From contig QPMI01000562.1 in assembly GCA_004431415.1 (NCBI GenBank), forward strand, positions 85,462 to 149,461: 64,000 nt of DNA, read 5' to 3'. The position numbers and the translations under genes are program-made. Positions 35,885-47,280 of this stretch are shown piece by piece. Numbering within the stretch: position 1 is the stretch's first letter; each line of letters opens with the position of its first letter. The notes under the pieces were generated by a model, which was given only the letters and a program-made list of their open reading frames with translations, did no database searches and was not told where the DNA came from. The DNA is from Cyanophora paradoxa CCMP329 (taxonomy: Eukaryota; Plantae; Glaucophyta).

Positions 35885-36772
35885 CTATGACCGTGAGAAC
35901 GGCAGGTAGAGTCCCTCCAACTCTTTTATGACATTCTTCAATGCTTTTTTCGTCAGATCTTTATCATCTTCAGTAATCAGTTCAAGAGTCATCGACCAGT
36001 CGGTAGTAATGTCTGCTGTGGCTCCATTCCAGTAAGAAAGTCTCACATCTAGAGTCTCAACCTCAACCAAGCCATTCTGCTCGTGAACGATCATGGAATT
36101 ATTCGATGAATCATATTTTAATAGACTGCCAACCGTTTGGTCAATCTCAATTTTCGCGATAGCATTGTTATCTCGTTTGTTATTGCTCACATATCTTCCT
36201 TTCAGTGGATCAACATGAAGAAGCAAATAGGAATTAAATAGTAGATCTAATGGCATTTCACTATCAATGTAGTGAGCATAAGTAAAGGCTCCAACTGTGA
36301 CATTAGATGATAGAGGACTCGATTGGTACAGTGTGTTAGCATTTTCAAAACCACAGAAATTGGCTAAGAGTTGAGTGTTCATAGTGATTGAGAATGGAAC
36401 CTCACACATGAACCTTAGAAGCAATGTTGTGGGATCATAGGTTACATAGAAATGGCGAGTGTAAGTTCCGCCACCCGCTTGATTATAGGGCTGGGATCCA
36501 ATGCGAGCGATCAGATAATTCACCAGTGAATCCGGTGTATATGCACCTCGGAGGACTTCGTTGTTTCTATTCTTTGGGTTCCCAGCATTATCGAGTGTTT
36601 GTGTGGTGAGGGTTCCTACTTCAGAGAGGTTGTAAAGATTGTGAAACATCTCAAAGTTCGTTACTCGACAGGCTCTGACCTTTTGGATCGCATAAGGGAG
36701 TCTGTATGTGAAATTAGTTGGGGTTCCATCCGATCGGTCCCTGGAATCAATATTGAGATAGTAACGCGTCAT
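35885..36772 (-). CDS. Minor capsid (penton-like) protein
   Basis: N-terminal LNIDSRDR..F.Y.L, YLLLHV..L..IAKI, and C-terminal LDVRL..NG..WSMTLE; adjacent to MCP and ATPase. Confidence 0.8.
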   Translation of the reverse strand: MTRYYLNIDSRDRSDGTPTNFTYRLPYAIQKVRACRVTNFEMFHNLYNLSEVGTLTTQTLDNAGNPKNRNNEVLRGAYTPDSLVNYLIARIGSQPYNQAGGGTYTRHFYVTYDPTTLLLRFMCEVPFSITMNTQLLANFCGFENANTLYQSSPLSSNVTVGAFTYAHYIDSEMPLDLLFNSYLLLHVDPLKGRYVSNNKRDNNAIAKIEIDQTVGSLLKYDSSNNSMIVHEQNGLVEVETLDVRLSYWNGATADITTDWSMTLELITEDDKDLTKKALKNVIKELEGLYLPFSRS

Positions 36773-36824
36773 TCTGTTTAATAAAGCATTTTAAAAATTT
36801 CTTTTGGTATTTTAAACATAAGAG

Positions 36825-38050
36825 ATGGCACTCACTGGAACTACCCTGAAGGAACTCCTCGTAACTCCCGGTTCCGATCAAATTTATCTTTCCCCTGGTC
36901 TCCAAATCGGAACCAACCCCAAATACAAACCATTCCTCGAGCAAGTTCGTCCCCGGGGCAACACTTTTGGCTTCAAGAATACCGCTTACTTTGATCTACC
37001 TCGCAAGCAACTCCTTGCTGGTGTTTCGCTCTATTTCAAGATTGCCACTGGTGGTGGTGTAGCCTGCACCCTCCCCAATGGTGGTTCTTCTTTTATTAAT
37101 GAGGTCCGTTTCGTTCATGGTGGTTTCAAGTATATTATCCCTGGTGATTGGATCACTGTAAACGCCCTGGTCGATAATGATCACGCTACCATGAGCAGCA
37201 TGTATGCTTCTCTCGGTTACTTCAAAGAGACAGATCGTGAAAGCACAGATGAAGCAATGGAATACATCGTTAGAATCCCCGCTGCTTTCTGGAAGAAGCT
37301 TATTTCCCATTATGTACGCTAGCCGATATGCCAACAATCGAGGTTGATTTCCGTGATGCTGCGATTGTCCAAGTTCCGGCTGGTGGATCTGTAACCTTTG
37401 CGGATTGCTCTCTGATCTGCCAATTCGTAAACATTGCTTCGGCTGAGGCTGAGACACTCCTTAAAATGGCGAACGAACAAGGTGGCATTCGCATCCCGAT
37501 CACAGAGGTCATTCACAAGAAGACCCGAGCGCTCAAAACCGCTGATGCTGGTGAATCTGTTGAGGTTACACTCGCTAATGTTTCTGGTCTGGTTCACTCG
37601 ATTCTGATGACTGTTCGAGAGGTGAACAAACTTAACACCTACACTCACTCGGATTTCTGCGGTCATGAATCTGCTGTTAAGATTGATCAGTTCCAGATCT
37701 TCCACAACAATCGCTCCCTGGATATATCTAACAAACCCATTTCCGGTTTCCTCTCTGCTGTCAATCACATTCCTTCTCACTACAAGGGTGTTACTGTGGG
37801 CAATACCACGTACGGATTCGAGTCTGGAAATGTTTACGGAATTGTTCTTTCCAAGTCTGGAAAAGATTCGCTTCGGAACTCGGTTATGGGTTACCAGGAT
37901 TTCTTCAACAGCAGCTCGAGTTACATGGATCTCACTGTTTCCGGATGCACTGATGCCGCTCCTGTTCAGGTTGATATCTATGCCCTCCGACACAATGTTA
38001 TGGTACTTAATGGCTACAACATCTCTACCCTGAAAGTCTCGAACTTCTAA
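36825..38050 (+). CDS. Putative double-jelly-roll major capsid protein (~400 aa; split near 37320)
   Basis: FGFKNTAYFDLPR..LLAGVSLYF, SFINEVRFVHGG. Lies between penton and A32 ATPase. Homologous along its length to 57197-58559. Confidence 0.75.
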
Positions 38051-38130
38051 AGTTCTTTTCTTTTGTTAGTGTAGGAAGCGCAATTATTTGTAGGTGTGTA
38101 CTTTATTTTGTTTTTTATCTTATTACTGTA

Positions 38131-38889
38131 ATGGATAACACAGTAAATCTTGATGATATTCCGGAGTTCGATCCGAGTAAGACGGTTCGAATCCCGACAA
38201 GAATTTTGAATGTTGGTCGCTCCAATACAGGTAAGACAATGTTCACAAAATACTTACTTTACGAGCTTCGTGACAAGATCGATCAAATCGTTATATTTAG
38301 TTCAACAGCTTTTACTGGACAATTCAATGACATCACCCATCCCGATAACATCTATGAAGAGTGGGATGATAACATTGTTTTGAGATTGATCAGTATGCAA
38401 AAGAAACGAATTGAGAATAACGAAAAGCGAAATAACCTAGTTATCATACTCGATGACATGATAGGTTCAAATTTGGATATGCATAATTCGGCTGTGTTAT
38501 CTAAATTAGTAACGAGTGGAAGACATTATTCAATCTCGGTAATCTTTAATGTTCAGCGTTTGTGTTCTATTTCTACTACCATTCGTCGCAATGTGGAGTT
38601 CGTTGTATTTTTCAATATTCTTGGGAACGAGAAAGAGTTCAATTGCGCCTTTGATGAGTACAATGGTGGTTTGGATAAGAAGACCTACAAGGAATTGCAT
38701 AGACTATGGGGTTATAATTACCAAACTGTCATAGCTAGCCTGCAAGGTTATGATATCAAGACCTATACTGATAGAGCAGTACTAACAGATGATGATATGA
38801 AGGGTTTTAAGAAGTTTGTGAAGAGAAAAGCAATTAAAAGGGGTCAGATGGCTCGGATTCAACGAGAAATGACCACAATCAGTGTGTGA
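38131..38889 (+). CDS. A32-like (FtsK/HerA) DNA packaging ATPase
   Basis: GRSNTGKT, IILDD, GRHYSIS and Q....STTIRRN. Confidence 0.93.
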   Translation: MDNTVNLDDIPEFDPSKTVRIPTRILNVGRSNTGKTMFTKYLLYELRDKIDQIVIFSSTAFTGQFNDITHPDNIYEEWDDNIVLRLISMQKKRIENNEKRNNLVIILDDMIGSNLDMHNSAVLSKLVTSGRHYSISVIFNVQRLCSISTTIRRNVEFVVFFNILGNEKEFNCAFDEYNGGLDKKTYKELHRLWGYNYQTVIASLQGYDIKTYTDRAVLTDDDMKGFKKFVKRKAIKRGQMARIQREMTTISV

Positions 38890-39133
38890 AAGGACGATTT
38901 TTGAGAAATGTTGTATAATAAGGTAGCTTGAAATACTGTGGGGATTGCACAGTTGCGTAGAGCTTAAACAGCGCTTCAAACCGATATGCAGAACGTTGCG
39001 AGATCATAATCTGGTGATGAGATACAAGCGTTTGAAGATGCCGATAATCGATTTACCGAAACTTCGGTGAAACGTGAGCGAAACTTGAACCGTGAGATCA
39101 TATACCCTACTATGGTTTATTCCCCGGGTTTTC

Positions 39134-39368
39134 ATGGCGCATTTAATGGCGCATTTAATGGCGCATTTAATGGCGCATTTTATGGCGCATTTTATGGCGC
39201 ATTTTATGGCGCATTTGATGAAAAGTCCCTACTCTGTGGCATGAACCAATCAGAAGCCAGCAAATTTAAAATTAATATATGAGGTATTATCTGAGATATA
39301 ATCTGAGGTATTATCTGAGATATAATCTGAGGTATTATCTGAGGTATTATCTGAGATGTTATCTGTGA
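39134..39368. repeat. Two 12-bp minisatellites (ATGGCGCATTTW x7 at 39134-39217; GAGRTWWWATCT-like x7 at ~39281-39368)
   Basis: Read directly from the sequence. Confidence 0.9.
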
Positions 39369-39796
39369 TGTAAACCTGGGGAGAAGTTGAAGGGGGATAC
39401 ATTGAAAGTCAGTGAGCCAATCAGATTGCGTCACACATATATACATATACATCATGACAATATACACATCGCCGTGATCGTCATAATCTCCCGAGTCACG
39501 TGGTATGTCATATATATCATATACATATACATCGTCATCATGACGTCATCATCACATATACACAAATTGATATGTTATAGGTTTGACTATAAATCGATTT
39601 CCTATGATATATATGATATATATTACAGTGATATATTGACGTATATACGATTCAAAAACAATTAAAATTCTATTGTTTTTATTGTCGTTTCTATTGTTGT
39701 TTCTAGTGTAACAAATACAGTAAAAAATCGTTCAAAAAATACAGTAAAAAATGAGAGGTTTTTCTTTCGAGGTTTTAACTAAACTTACTTAGTTAT

Positions 39797-40200
39797 TCAT
39801 GGGAGACACGGCGGATAAAAAGGATATAACTTCGATTAAATATAATTAATCGAGATAATGATATAACTTCGATAAATAAGATTTAAGATATAACTTCGAT
39901 AAATTCGATTTTTGTTACTGAGGCTTACTGAGATTACTGTTGAATACGAATAGGGTTACTGGGAATGGTTTGTTTTTCTTGGGAATTGTTTTGGAGACAC
40001 GGCGCATAAAAAAGATATAACTTCGATAAGATATAATTAATCGAGATTATGATATAACTTCGATTAATTCAATGTTTCTTACTGAGGCTTACTGAGATTT
40101 ACTGATATTCAAGATTGGGTTACTGGGAATGGTTTGTTTTCTGATTTGTTTTTGATTTTTTCGCGGGTATTTTTTTGGAGACACGGCGCAGTGCTGAGCT
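39797..40200 (-). repeat. Right TIR of PLV-1
   Basis: Reverse complement of 28739-29142. Confidence 0.95.
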
Positions 40201-40205
40201 ATCGT

Positions 40206-43200
40206 CCCACTTCTACAACTGGGGAGCTCGCCGTCGGTCTTCAGTTAATCTGCCGGTGGCGGCTTCCGACGGAAAATTGGCTCGACGGGCATCGATTCCG
40301 CACGCGCCTTCGGTGGCGGAAGCGACCAAAGAGCGCCAAGCTGACTCCGGATCCTCATTCCACGTGATCGCAATCGATCGCAAAGCAGAGACCGAGGCGT
40401 CGAAGCCCCTATCTTTGGACAAAAAGACACGCAAGTACGGTTGCGGGTCGGATGTTGCGATCGCCGGTGAGCCACATTTGTTTGTTGGGTATTTCTTTTC
40501 CCCGAGTTCTCGTGCGGCCTCCCCACCTTCCGCTCGCGCTCAGACGTGGACGACGGAGAGGAGCTCGAGGTGGTGGAGGCCTCGAAGCTGGAGCGCCTCG
40601 AGGCCCGCGGGGCCGGCATCGTGGTGCGTGCGCGCGCGCTCCCAGCGCTCAGCTGGCCCCGCACCGCGTTCGCCTCCTTGGCCGACACCAGCACTTGCGC
40701 GTGCGCTGACATCCATACTTCCTCTCCGCAGGGAATCATCGGAGTGCGCGAGCCATACATGCGTGTACGGTCGCGGTCTCGTATTCCGAGTGAGCTGACG
40801 AACGCGTTGCGCAGCACGTGAGCTTCCTCGCTTCGACCTCGTATGTTGGCGGTGACTCGACCTCGGAGGCCCAGTCGGCGATGGGCGACTCCCTCAGTGC
40901 GCCTTGTCTTTCTACACGCGGCAATATTAATGCTGCAAGCCGTCGTCTCACTGTGATCGCTCCTTAGATTGGGCGCTGATGCGGCCGACGAACGCGCCTT
41001 GGGTCCAGAACACCTCGAGCCGGTGAGCGCGCAATGCATGCTCCGACACAGCGCCGCGAAAACAGGATTCGGAGTAATCCGCACTTGCAGGACAGCGGCG
41101 CAGAAGTACGCGGACGAATTCAGCACGGTCATCTTCTGGACCTCGATCGCCTTCTTTGGGATCTGGGTCCTGCGCTGGGTCACCATAGCCCTCTGCCGGA
41201 CCGCCCTGAAGAAGTGGTCCGACGGGCGCCTTCCCCCGCTCTTCGTGCGTGACGGAACCGCCGCTCGCGTCCGCGGCTTTGCTCTTTGTTTACCCATGAC
41301 CGGCCTTGCAGCGGTTTCCATTCCTGGAGCTGTGCTTCATTATGATGTGCTCCCCCGGGCTCGTGCTGCACGCTGCCCGCGTTGCTGCGGTCGGCAACGC
41401 GGGGCCGTCGTGGGGACCGCCCGTCGCCTTCATCATGATTGTACGTCAATACGAAACAGGTTCAACGTTGAGCATCGCCGTAATCTGGGCGCAGGTCATC
41501 ATTCCCGGTTTCTTCCTCATCGGTTGTTCGTTCATGCTCGTGACGAATCTCATGGGTCAGACGATCGTGTTCACGGTTGGCCGCGCGCCGCACTTGCGCT
41601 CGCGCTTGAGCTCGTGCTCACGAGCGCGCGAACGTGCAGAAAGAGGACCGGATCGCGGAGAAGCTCGAGGCGAAGTCTGTGGACCCGTCTGACGTGCGCG
41701 TGACGAGGTGGCAGCGCTTTTGGAATGCGCTCAAGCACCCCCGCCGCGGATTCTGGGAGCAGGTTCGCATTTCAAGCGATTCTAGACGCTTCGGATCCAC
41801 AAATTACAATTGTATTGCACGAATATTATAATTGATATCGACACTCGGCGCAGACGGAGTACGACCAGAATGATTTTATGAACCGCTACTCCGCCTTGTT
41901 CGACGCCTTCGCCTACGCCCGCCTGGTCCGATGATTGGTTTTCCTGAAGGCAGCACGCCTTTGGATTACTGATCATGACATTTGCGAGCAGGGGTTCATG
42001 GCCGCCATGCTGGACTCGCTCAAGAAGGTCGTGAGCTCGCTGATCCTCGGTGCGCGCGCCCCAGTACTAGTGCAGTCCGCTCGCTTAAGAAGATAGGGCA
42101 AGGCCTAGCTATAGGCGTGCGCTCCTGTGCATCCAGTGCCATCTGACATCTCACAGGCGTGCACGCGGGGCGGGGAGCCTCGTCCAACGCCGGCACCGCG
42201 CTCGGGGCGCTGCTGGGCGTGAACCTCGCGTACCTGAGCTACCTCGCCCTCAGCCGTCCCTTCATCGACCGGTGCGTGCGGCGACAAGTCTTCGCGCCGA
42301 CGGTGTTCCGCACGCATATGTATGCTACTGGAGCTGACGGATCGAGCCTTCGCAGAGTCGAGAACGTTGTACAGATGACATCGAACGGGCTGCAGAGCGT
42401 GCTCCTCATTCTCATGCTCATGCGCAACGCAAACTACAAGAAGGTCGGAGCGCCCGACTCGCTATCCGATACCTTTGAAATTTCTATTTCAGCGACTAAT
42501 CGCAATGTAATTGGTTGCAGGACGAGGTGTCGACGGGCGTTATGGTGGTGAATATGCTCTCGATGGCCGTGCTGGTCGTGAACCAGCTCCGCGCCCTTCG
42601 CGCCATCTACAACGTGCGTCCATGGGCCGCCCGGCGCTGCATACACGGATGGCGGGCGCGTGACCTTCTTCGCAGCTTACATGCCGTGCGTGTGTGATGA
42701 GGATGCGGGCCGACCGCGAAGGTTGGGGCTCCCTACCCTTCCGATTGATATTCTGGCCTCACATCGAGGGCTGCAGCCAAGAAGGCGGCGGAGAAGCGGG
42801 CGCGCTTCAAAGAACTCCAGCTCGACGCCGGCAGCGACCGCAAGGACAAGGCCGTCAGCGGGCCTCGCGATCGGCCCGCGGTACTGGTCGCAGGCGCCAG
42901 GCAGCAGCCGGCTGCCGGGGCGAGCGCTCGGCACGTCTCCATCGTCATGGCACCCGAGCTTATATCGGTCAGCTCGGGGTCGATCGCGACGTCCAGCGAC
43001 TTCGACTGGCCGTGGCAGCGCGGGCCTGAGACGAAGTTCGTCGAGGTGCCCGTGGCGATGGAGGGCCACGGCCCTCCGGTGCGCAGCGAGCCGAGCGCGA
43101 AGCACGCCGTCCACTTCGACTCGGCGTGGCTGCACGCCGGCCGCCAGCGCCCCGCTGCAATCCCCCCAGAGGGGAAAGCCTCTGCTTCAGCCCCGCACGC

Positions 43201-43381
43201 CCGCAGAGCCTCCAGCTCATGTCCCGACCCGCTGCCGGCCCCGCCACTGGGTCTGGAGGCCGGATTCGTCGGCGCCGCCCCGCTCGTGGTCAGCTCGCAG
43301 CGGGGCCCCGCAGGGCCCGCGATTACGAGTCCTTCCCTTGCGTCTCGCGCGGACCTTTACGTAGATACAATCGAGCTGTAA
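40206..43381 (+). CDS. Host gene part 4: multi-exon, multi-pass membrane domain and C-terminal tail (stop TAA at 43381)
   Basis: Hydrophobic segments (VIFWTSIAFFGIWVLRW, FPFLELCFIMM, LLGVNLAYLSYLALSRPFIDR, VENVVQMTSNGLQSVLLILMLM) separated by short GT-AG introns. Confidence 0.75.
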
Positions 43382-44095
43382 GAAATGCGGATCTCTGGGC
43401 GTCATGACTAGTAGCAGACCGAGTACGCTAATAAGTTATTACAGTAGTTTAGATCTTGCTCTTGCTGCGCTGAATCGAATCATTCTCGCTCGTTTTTGTA
43501 CATGTTTTGAGAGGCTACGATCTTGCTCGCTTATATGGCGTTTTATTTTCGCGCTCGCTACACATAGTAAAATGCGGAGTTTTAACCCTCGGCTTATCTT
43601 AATTGATTTTGTTGATATATCTCGTATATTCTATTTCAATCAATCGATAATCTGTGTATATCTTATCGAATATTCAATTATTTCGATTATTTTGTATTCT
43701 TTTCGATATTTTATCGTAAATTTCTCTTATTTTCCGATTAGTCTTACTGAGTTAATCGATAATCTGTATATATTTCCGAATAATATAACTGAATCTCAAT
43801 TAGATCTTGCCTCTGGTTAAAACTCCGCATTTTACTATGTGTGATTGGTCTAAAAGTTAATTGATTTAATCGATATTATATTCATGTACTTTCTCGATTA
43901 AATTTAATTAAATTTAATTCATTTAATCGGAAATATATCGCTAAACTCGATTAAGATCCATAAATGATTCATTTGTTTATATTAACAAATCGATCTCTTA
44001 TTGAATCCAATCGTAATTATACATGAAACTTATATGATTTTATCATTGTTTTGTTGAGTCTAAGGGGGGACCCTTAGGTTTTTTGAAATAATTGG

Positions 44096-44384
44096 GTGTG
44101 ACAGGTGTGACAGGTCTATCCAAAACTTTTGATAGTTCATTTTTAGGTTATTGAAAAGTTTGGGATAGACCTGTCACACCTGTCACACAAACCATTTTCA
44201 GTAAGATCCTCTTTTATAATGAAAAACTCAGTAACAATATGAAAGAAGTTTATCTATGTAATTCTACTTAAATAAACAAATGAAATAATCGAGTGTGACA
44301 GGTGTGACAGGTCCATCCCAAACTTTTGAGAGTTCATTTTAGTGCTATAGAAAACTTTGGATAGACCTGTCACACCTGTCACAC
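44096..44384. repeat. Two ~92-bp palindromic units with GTGTGACAG iterons (44096-44188, 44293-44384)
   Basis: gtgtgacaggtgtgacaggtc..gacctgtcacacctgtcacac; third copy at 61049-61150. Confidence 0.92.
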
Positions 44385-44814
44385 AAACCATATTCAGTAA
44401 GGACCTCATATATTGTTAAAATCTCAGTGTTAGTTGGTGTAGTTGATTCAAATAATGCATTTTATACTCTGATTCATTGTTATTTCCTGTGAAATTTGAG
44501 TCAACTCAATCCACTTAGTCAACCCTTGCATTGAATTCGTAACAAAATCCATATACTATCGATTAATATGAGTCAACCTTGAGTCCACTTTAATAATAGG
44601 GGGAATCTTGGGGAGATGTTGGGTTTTAGTGTAATGAAATCGAATAGTATTCGAAATACTTGACATTGCTTAATGTAGGGTGCATTCATATTTCGGCTAC
44701 ATTATACAGTAGAATGTCTATTGTAAACAATGTCCGGAATCCGGAAAATAATCATTGTAGAAAGCTATTGTAATAAAAAAGATAAATTACCCTGTTTATC
44801 ATTATAGAAACCCA

Positions 44815-45213
44815 TTAAAACGGGAATCTATCATGTTTATGTCTCTCAGTCTTCTCAAATGTGAGGAAATTCATTGTTTTATCGATCTCATCTGCAACTG
44901 ATTGTGTTTTATGCTGAGCTTCTTTACCACAACTGAATATATCAATTGCTAACATGCCTTCATTGGAATAACAATGAGCTGTGCAATGGCTTTCATCTAA
45001 TAGCAGAACCAATGCAAAACCAGGAGGTGATACTTTGCCATCAAATATCTCACAGTGTTTATGAACAATCCTAATACCTTGTCTCAATATAGCTTGTTCA
45101 AGGGTTCCCATAATCCAATTACCTAGGAAGCTAACATGCTCATGTCCTGTTGCAATAGCTGATTTAGCCTTGTAATCAAGCATAACATGAAAGCCTCTGT
45201 ATTGAGTCTCCAT
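44815..45213 (-). CDS. speD: S-adenosylmethionine decarboxylase-like proenzyme (short prokaryotic-type, pyruvoyl-dependent)
   Basis: PPGFALVLLLDESHCTAHCY..G.LAIDIFSCG with the ESH self-cleavage site; N-terminal GFHVMLD. Confidence 0.9.
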   Translation of the reverse strand: METQYRGFHVMLDYKAKSAIATGHEHVSFLGNWIMGTLEQAILRQGIRIVHKHCEIFDGKVSPPGFALVLLLDESHCTAHCYSNEGMLAIDIFSCGKEAQHKTQSVADEIDKTMNFLTFEKTERHKHDRFPF

Positions 45214-45242
45214 TAAGAATACCTTAGAAAAATTAATTAAAC

Positions 45243-45515
45243 CTAATCGAACCTAATGCAAACATCCCTATATTCCACTGTTATTGATGAAGTAGCCCTT
45301 TTCCTGTAAGCCTGAGAATGTTTTTTGTTGCATTCCCTACACCCTGATCCCTTCACATGATTAAAGGGATATGTCAGGATCACCTTGTTACACTGCAAAC
45401 ATCTAACAGATACTTTCTCTTGAGCTTTGATGTAATGTGTCTCACTGTAATCGAATTTATCTTTACCATGGACTGTCATAGCAGCATCTATAAACTTTTT
45501 CGTTTTACTATCCAT
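45243..45515 (-). CDS. Small zinc-ribbon protein (DUF723-like)
   Basis: FIDAAMTVHGKDKFDYS..Y....KV.V.CLQC..H..GSGCREC. Confidence 0.7.
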   Translation of the reverse strand: MDSKTKKFIDAAMTVHGKDKFDYSETHYIKAQEKVSVRCLQCNKVILTYPFNHVKGSGCRECNKKHSQAYRKRATSSITVEYRDVCIRFD

Positions 45516-45537
45516 ACTCTATATATAATCAACATTC

Positions 45538-46371
45538 TTATGGAGCAGTATCCTGCCCAAAAATGGGGAAATATCGATTTGTCCCATAGTATTCAGCATA
45601 GGTATTCTGCTTTGCAATAAAATCGGTTCTCTCAGCATATAATACACACTTGTAGATACCAAACTTGGTGGCTCTAACCAGGAACTGGTAATCTTCTAAA
45701 CCGAAATTGACTCCATGATAAGCAATACCAAAATTATCATATGGGGTGATCACAACTGCAAAATTAGGAGTTCCACCCTCTACTTGACAAAGAGCATAAA
45801 CATCTGGTGGGATATCCACAACTACCTTGTAGTGGTCACCAATTTCAACAAGAGAGTCTACTACTGCTGTTTGTTCATTTACAACAATGGGGAATATCTT
45901 TATAATGTATGGGGCATTCATGCTGGGGACATAGGTTCGAATTCTTGTATTGGGATCAATGGGATTGGGTTGATCATTCACAAATAAAGGCGCTCCAACA
46001 GCCCCACCAACCCTAAGACCATCACCAATATAAGCTCCCCCCGATTTGCAGTTAATAGCTCCCGACCTAGATTCAAAAGAATAAGTAGACAGAGGATCTC
46101 CATAGCTATCTGGGTCTCCATAATGAGCAGAAAAGTTTGCATTTGTGACAAGTAGCTTAGTTGTCTTAACTATTCCATTATTTTTATCACATCTGAGTTC
46201 CTGTAATCTCAGCTTGTGGGTGGAACCAAATGTATTCATTGTAGGTTGGACCTCTGTGGATTGGAGACCCTCAACATCATCAAAGGTAGCATGCTGCAGA
46301 ACATGGTTTGCTGGTGCAGCTAATGATAGCTGAGGTGTAATAATTCGTTCAAGTGGGGGTTGCTCAGCCAT
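45538..46371 (-). CDS. Hypothetical fibre-associated protein, paralog A
   Basis: Shares ELRxDKNxGxVKTTxLLVTNANF and SGGAxIGxGxRV with 46395-47240. Confidence 0.7.
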   Translation of the reverse strand: MAEQPPLERIITPQLSLAAPANHVLQHATFDDVEGLQSTEVQPTMNTFGSTHKLRLQELRCDKNNGIVKTTKLLVTNANFSAHYGDPDSYGDPLSTYSFESRSGAINCKSGGAYIGDGLRVGGAVGAPLFVNDQPNPIDPNTRIRTYVPSMNAPYIIKIFPIVVNEQTAVVDSLVEIGDHYKVVVDIPPDVYALCQVEGGTPNFAVVITPYDNFGIAYHGVNFGLEDYQFLVRATKFGIYKCVLYAERTDFIAKQNTYAEYYGTNRYFPIFGQDTAP

Positions 46372-46394
46372 TTTACATTAAAGGGATATATCTT

Positions 46395-47240
46395 TTATGG
46401 GGTTGGGTCATCAATAATATCTGGTTCCGAATAAAACCCTGTAACTGAAAGAGTATCAGGAGTTACACCTCTAAGAGCTGATACAGCGGCTATATCTGTT
46501 CTCAAACCGATAAGAGTTATAGTATATAACCCAATATCTGTAACAAACAAGTCAAAGGTGAAATTATTATTATAAACACAGTAGCCATAACCGAAATGAT
46601 TATATCCCTGAACATTGAAATAGTATTTATGACCTACTTGATTGTTGTTGGCTCTACAAAGGGAAAGCATTGCAGATGGAATCGCAAGACCTCTCAGTAC
46701 TCTTTTGGTTCCTTCAATTAATTCCGAGTTTTCAAGAGTAACAGTATATCCAATGTAAAATTGAATTAATGGCTGCTGTGCGACAGGAGTATATAATCGA
46801 ATTCGTTGGGGGTCTTCCACATTTTGCTCTAGAGTATCTGGGACATCATTATACGAAATGGAGGATGAAAGCTGACCTGAAACTCTGCAACCTCCACCAA
46901 TAAATGCTCCTCCTGATCTCACAGTAACAGCAGCAGAATTCTTATCGAAATCAAGGGCTTTCAGATCAACACTGTAAGCATCTGGACCTCCATTAGTAGG
47001 TTGGAAGAAGTTTGCATTAGTCACAAGAAGTCGAGTGGTTTTAACCACACCTGAATTCTTATCAGCTCTCAGCTCTTTAACTCGAATAATCGAATTTTTA
47101 TCAAAGGAGTTGCCATTGGAATTGGGTCTCTCTGTGGATTCTAAACCACGAACCTCATCATTTACTTCATGCTGGCGAAAATGCATTGCAGGGGATCCAA
47201 GGGAATATATAGGCAGTTGCACACGATTATATTCGCCCAT
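46395..47240 (-). CDS. Hypothetical fibre-associated protein, paralog B
   Basis: Tandem paralog of 45538-46371. Confidence 0.7.
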   Translation of the reverse strand: MGEYNRVQLPIYSLGSPAMHFRQHEVNDEVRGLESTERPNSNGNSFDKNSIIRVKELRADKNSGVVKTTRLLVTNANFFQPTNGGPDAYSVDLKALDFDKNSAAVTVRSGGAFIGGGCRVSGQLSSSISYNDVPDTLEQNVEDPQRIRLYTPVAQQPLIQFYIGYTVTLENSELIEGTKRVLRGLAIPSAMLSLCRANNNQVGHKYYFNVQGYNHFGYGYCVYNNNFTFDLFVTDIGLYTITLIGLRTDIAAVSALRGVTPDTLSVTGFYSEPDIIDDPTP

Positions 47241-47280
47241 TGCTTCTTTTACTAAGAAGGAAAGAAAAATAAACGAAGTT

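Larger units (their letters stand above)
28739..40200. mobile_element. PLV-1: complete endogenous Polinton-like virus (11,462 bp)
   Basis: Sharp AT-rich shift. TIRs at 28739-29142 and 39797-40200, termini AGCT..AGCT. TSD ATCGT at 28734-28738 and 40201-40205. Integrase, polymerase, capsid and packaging genes present. Confidence 0.93.
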
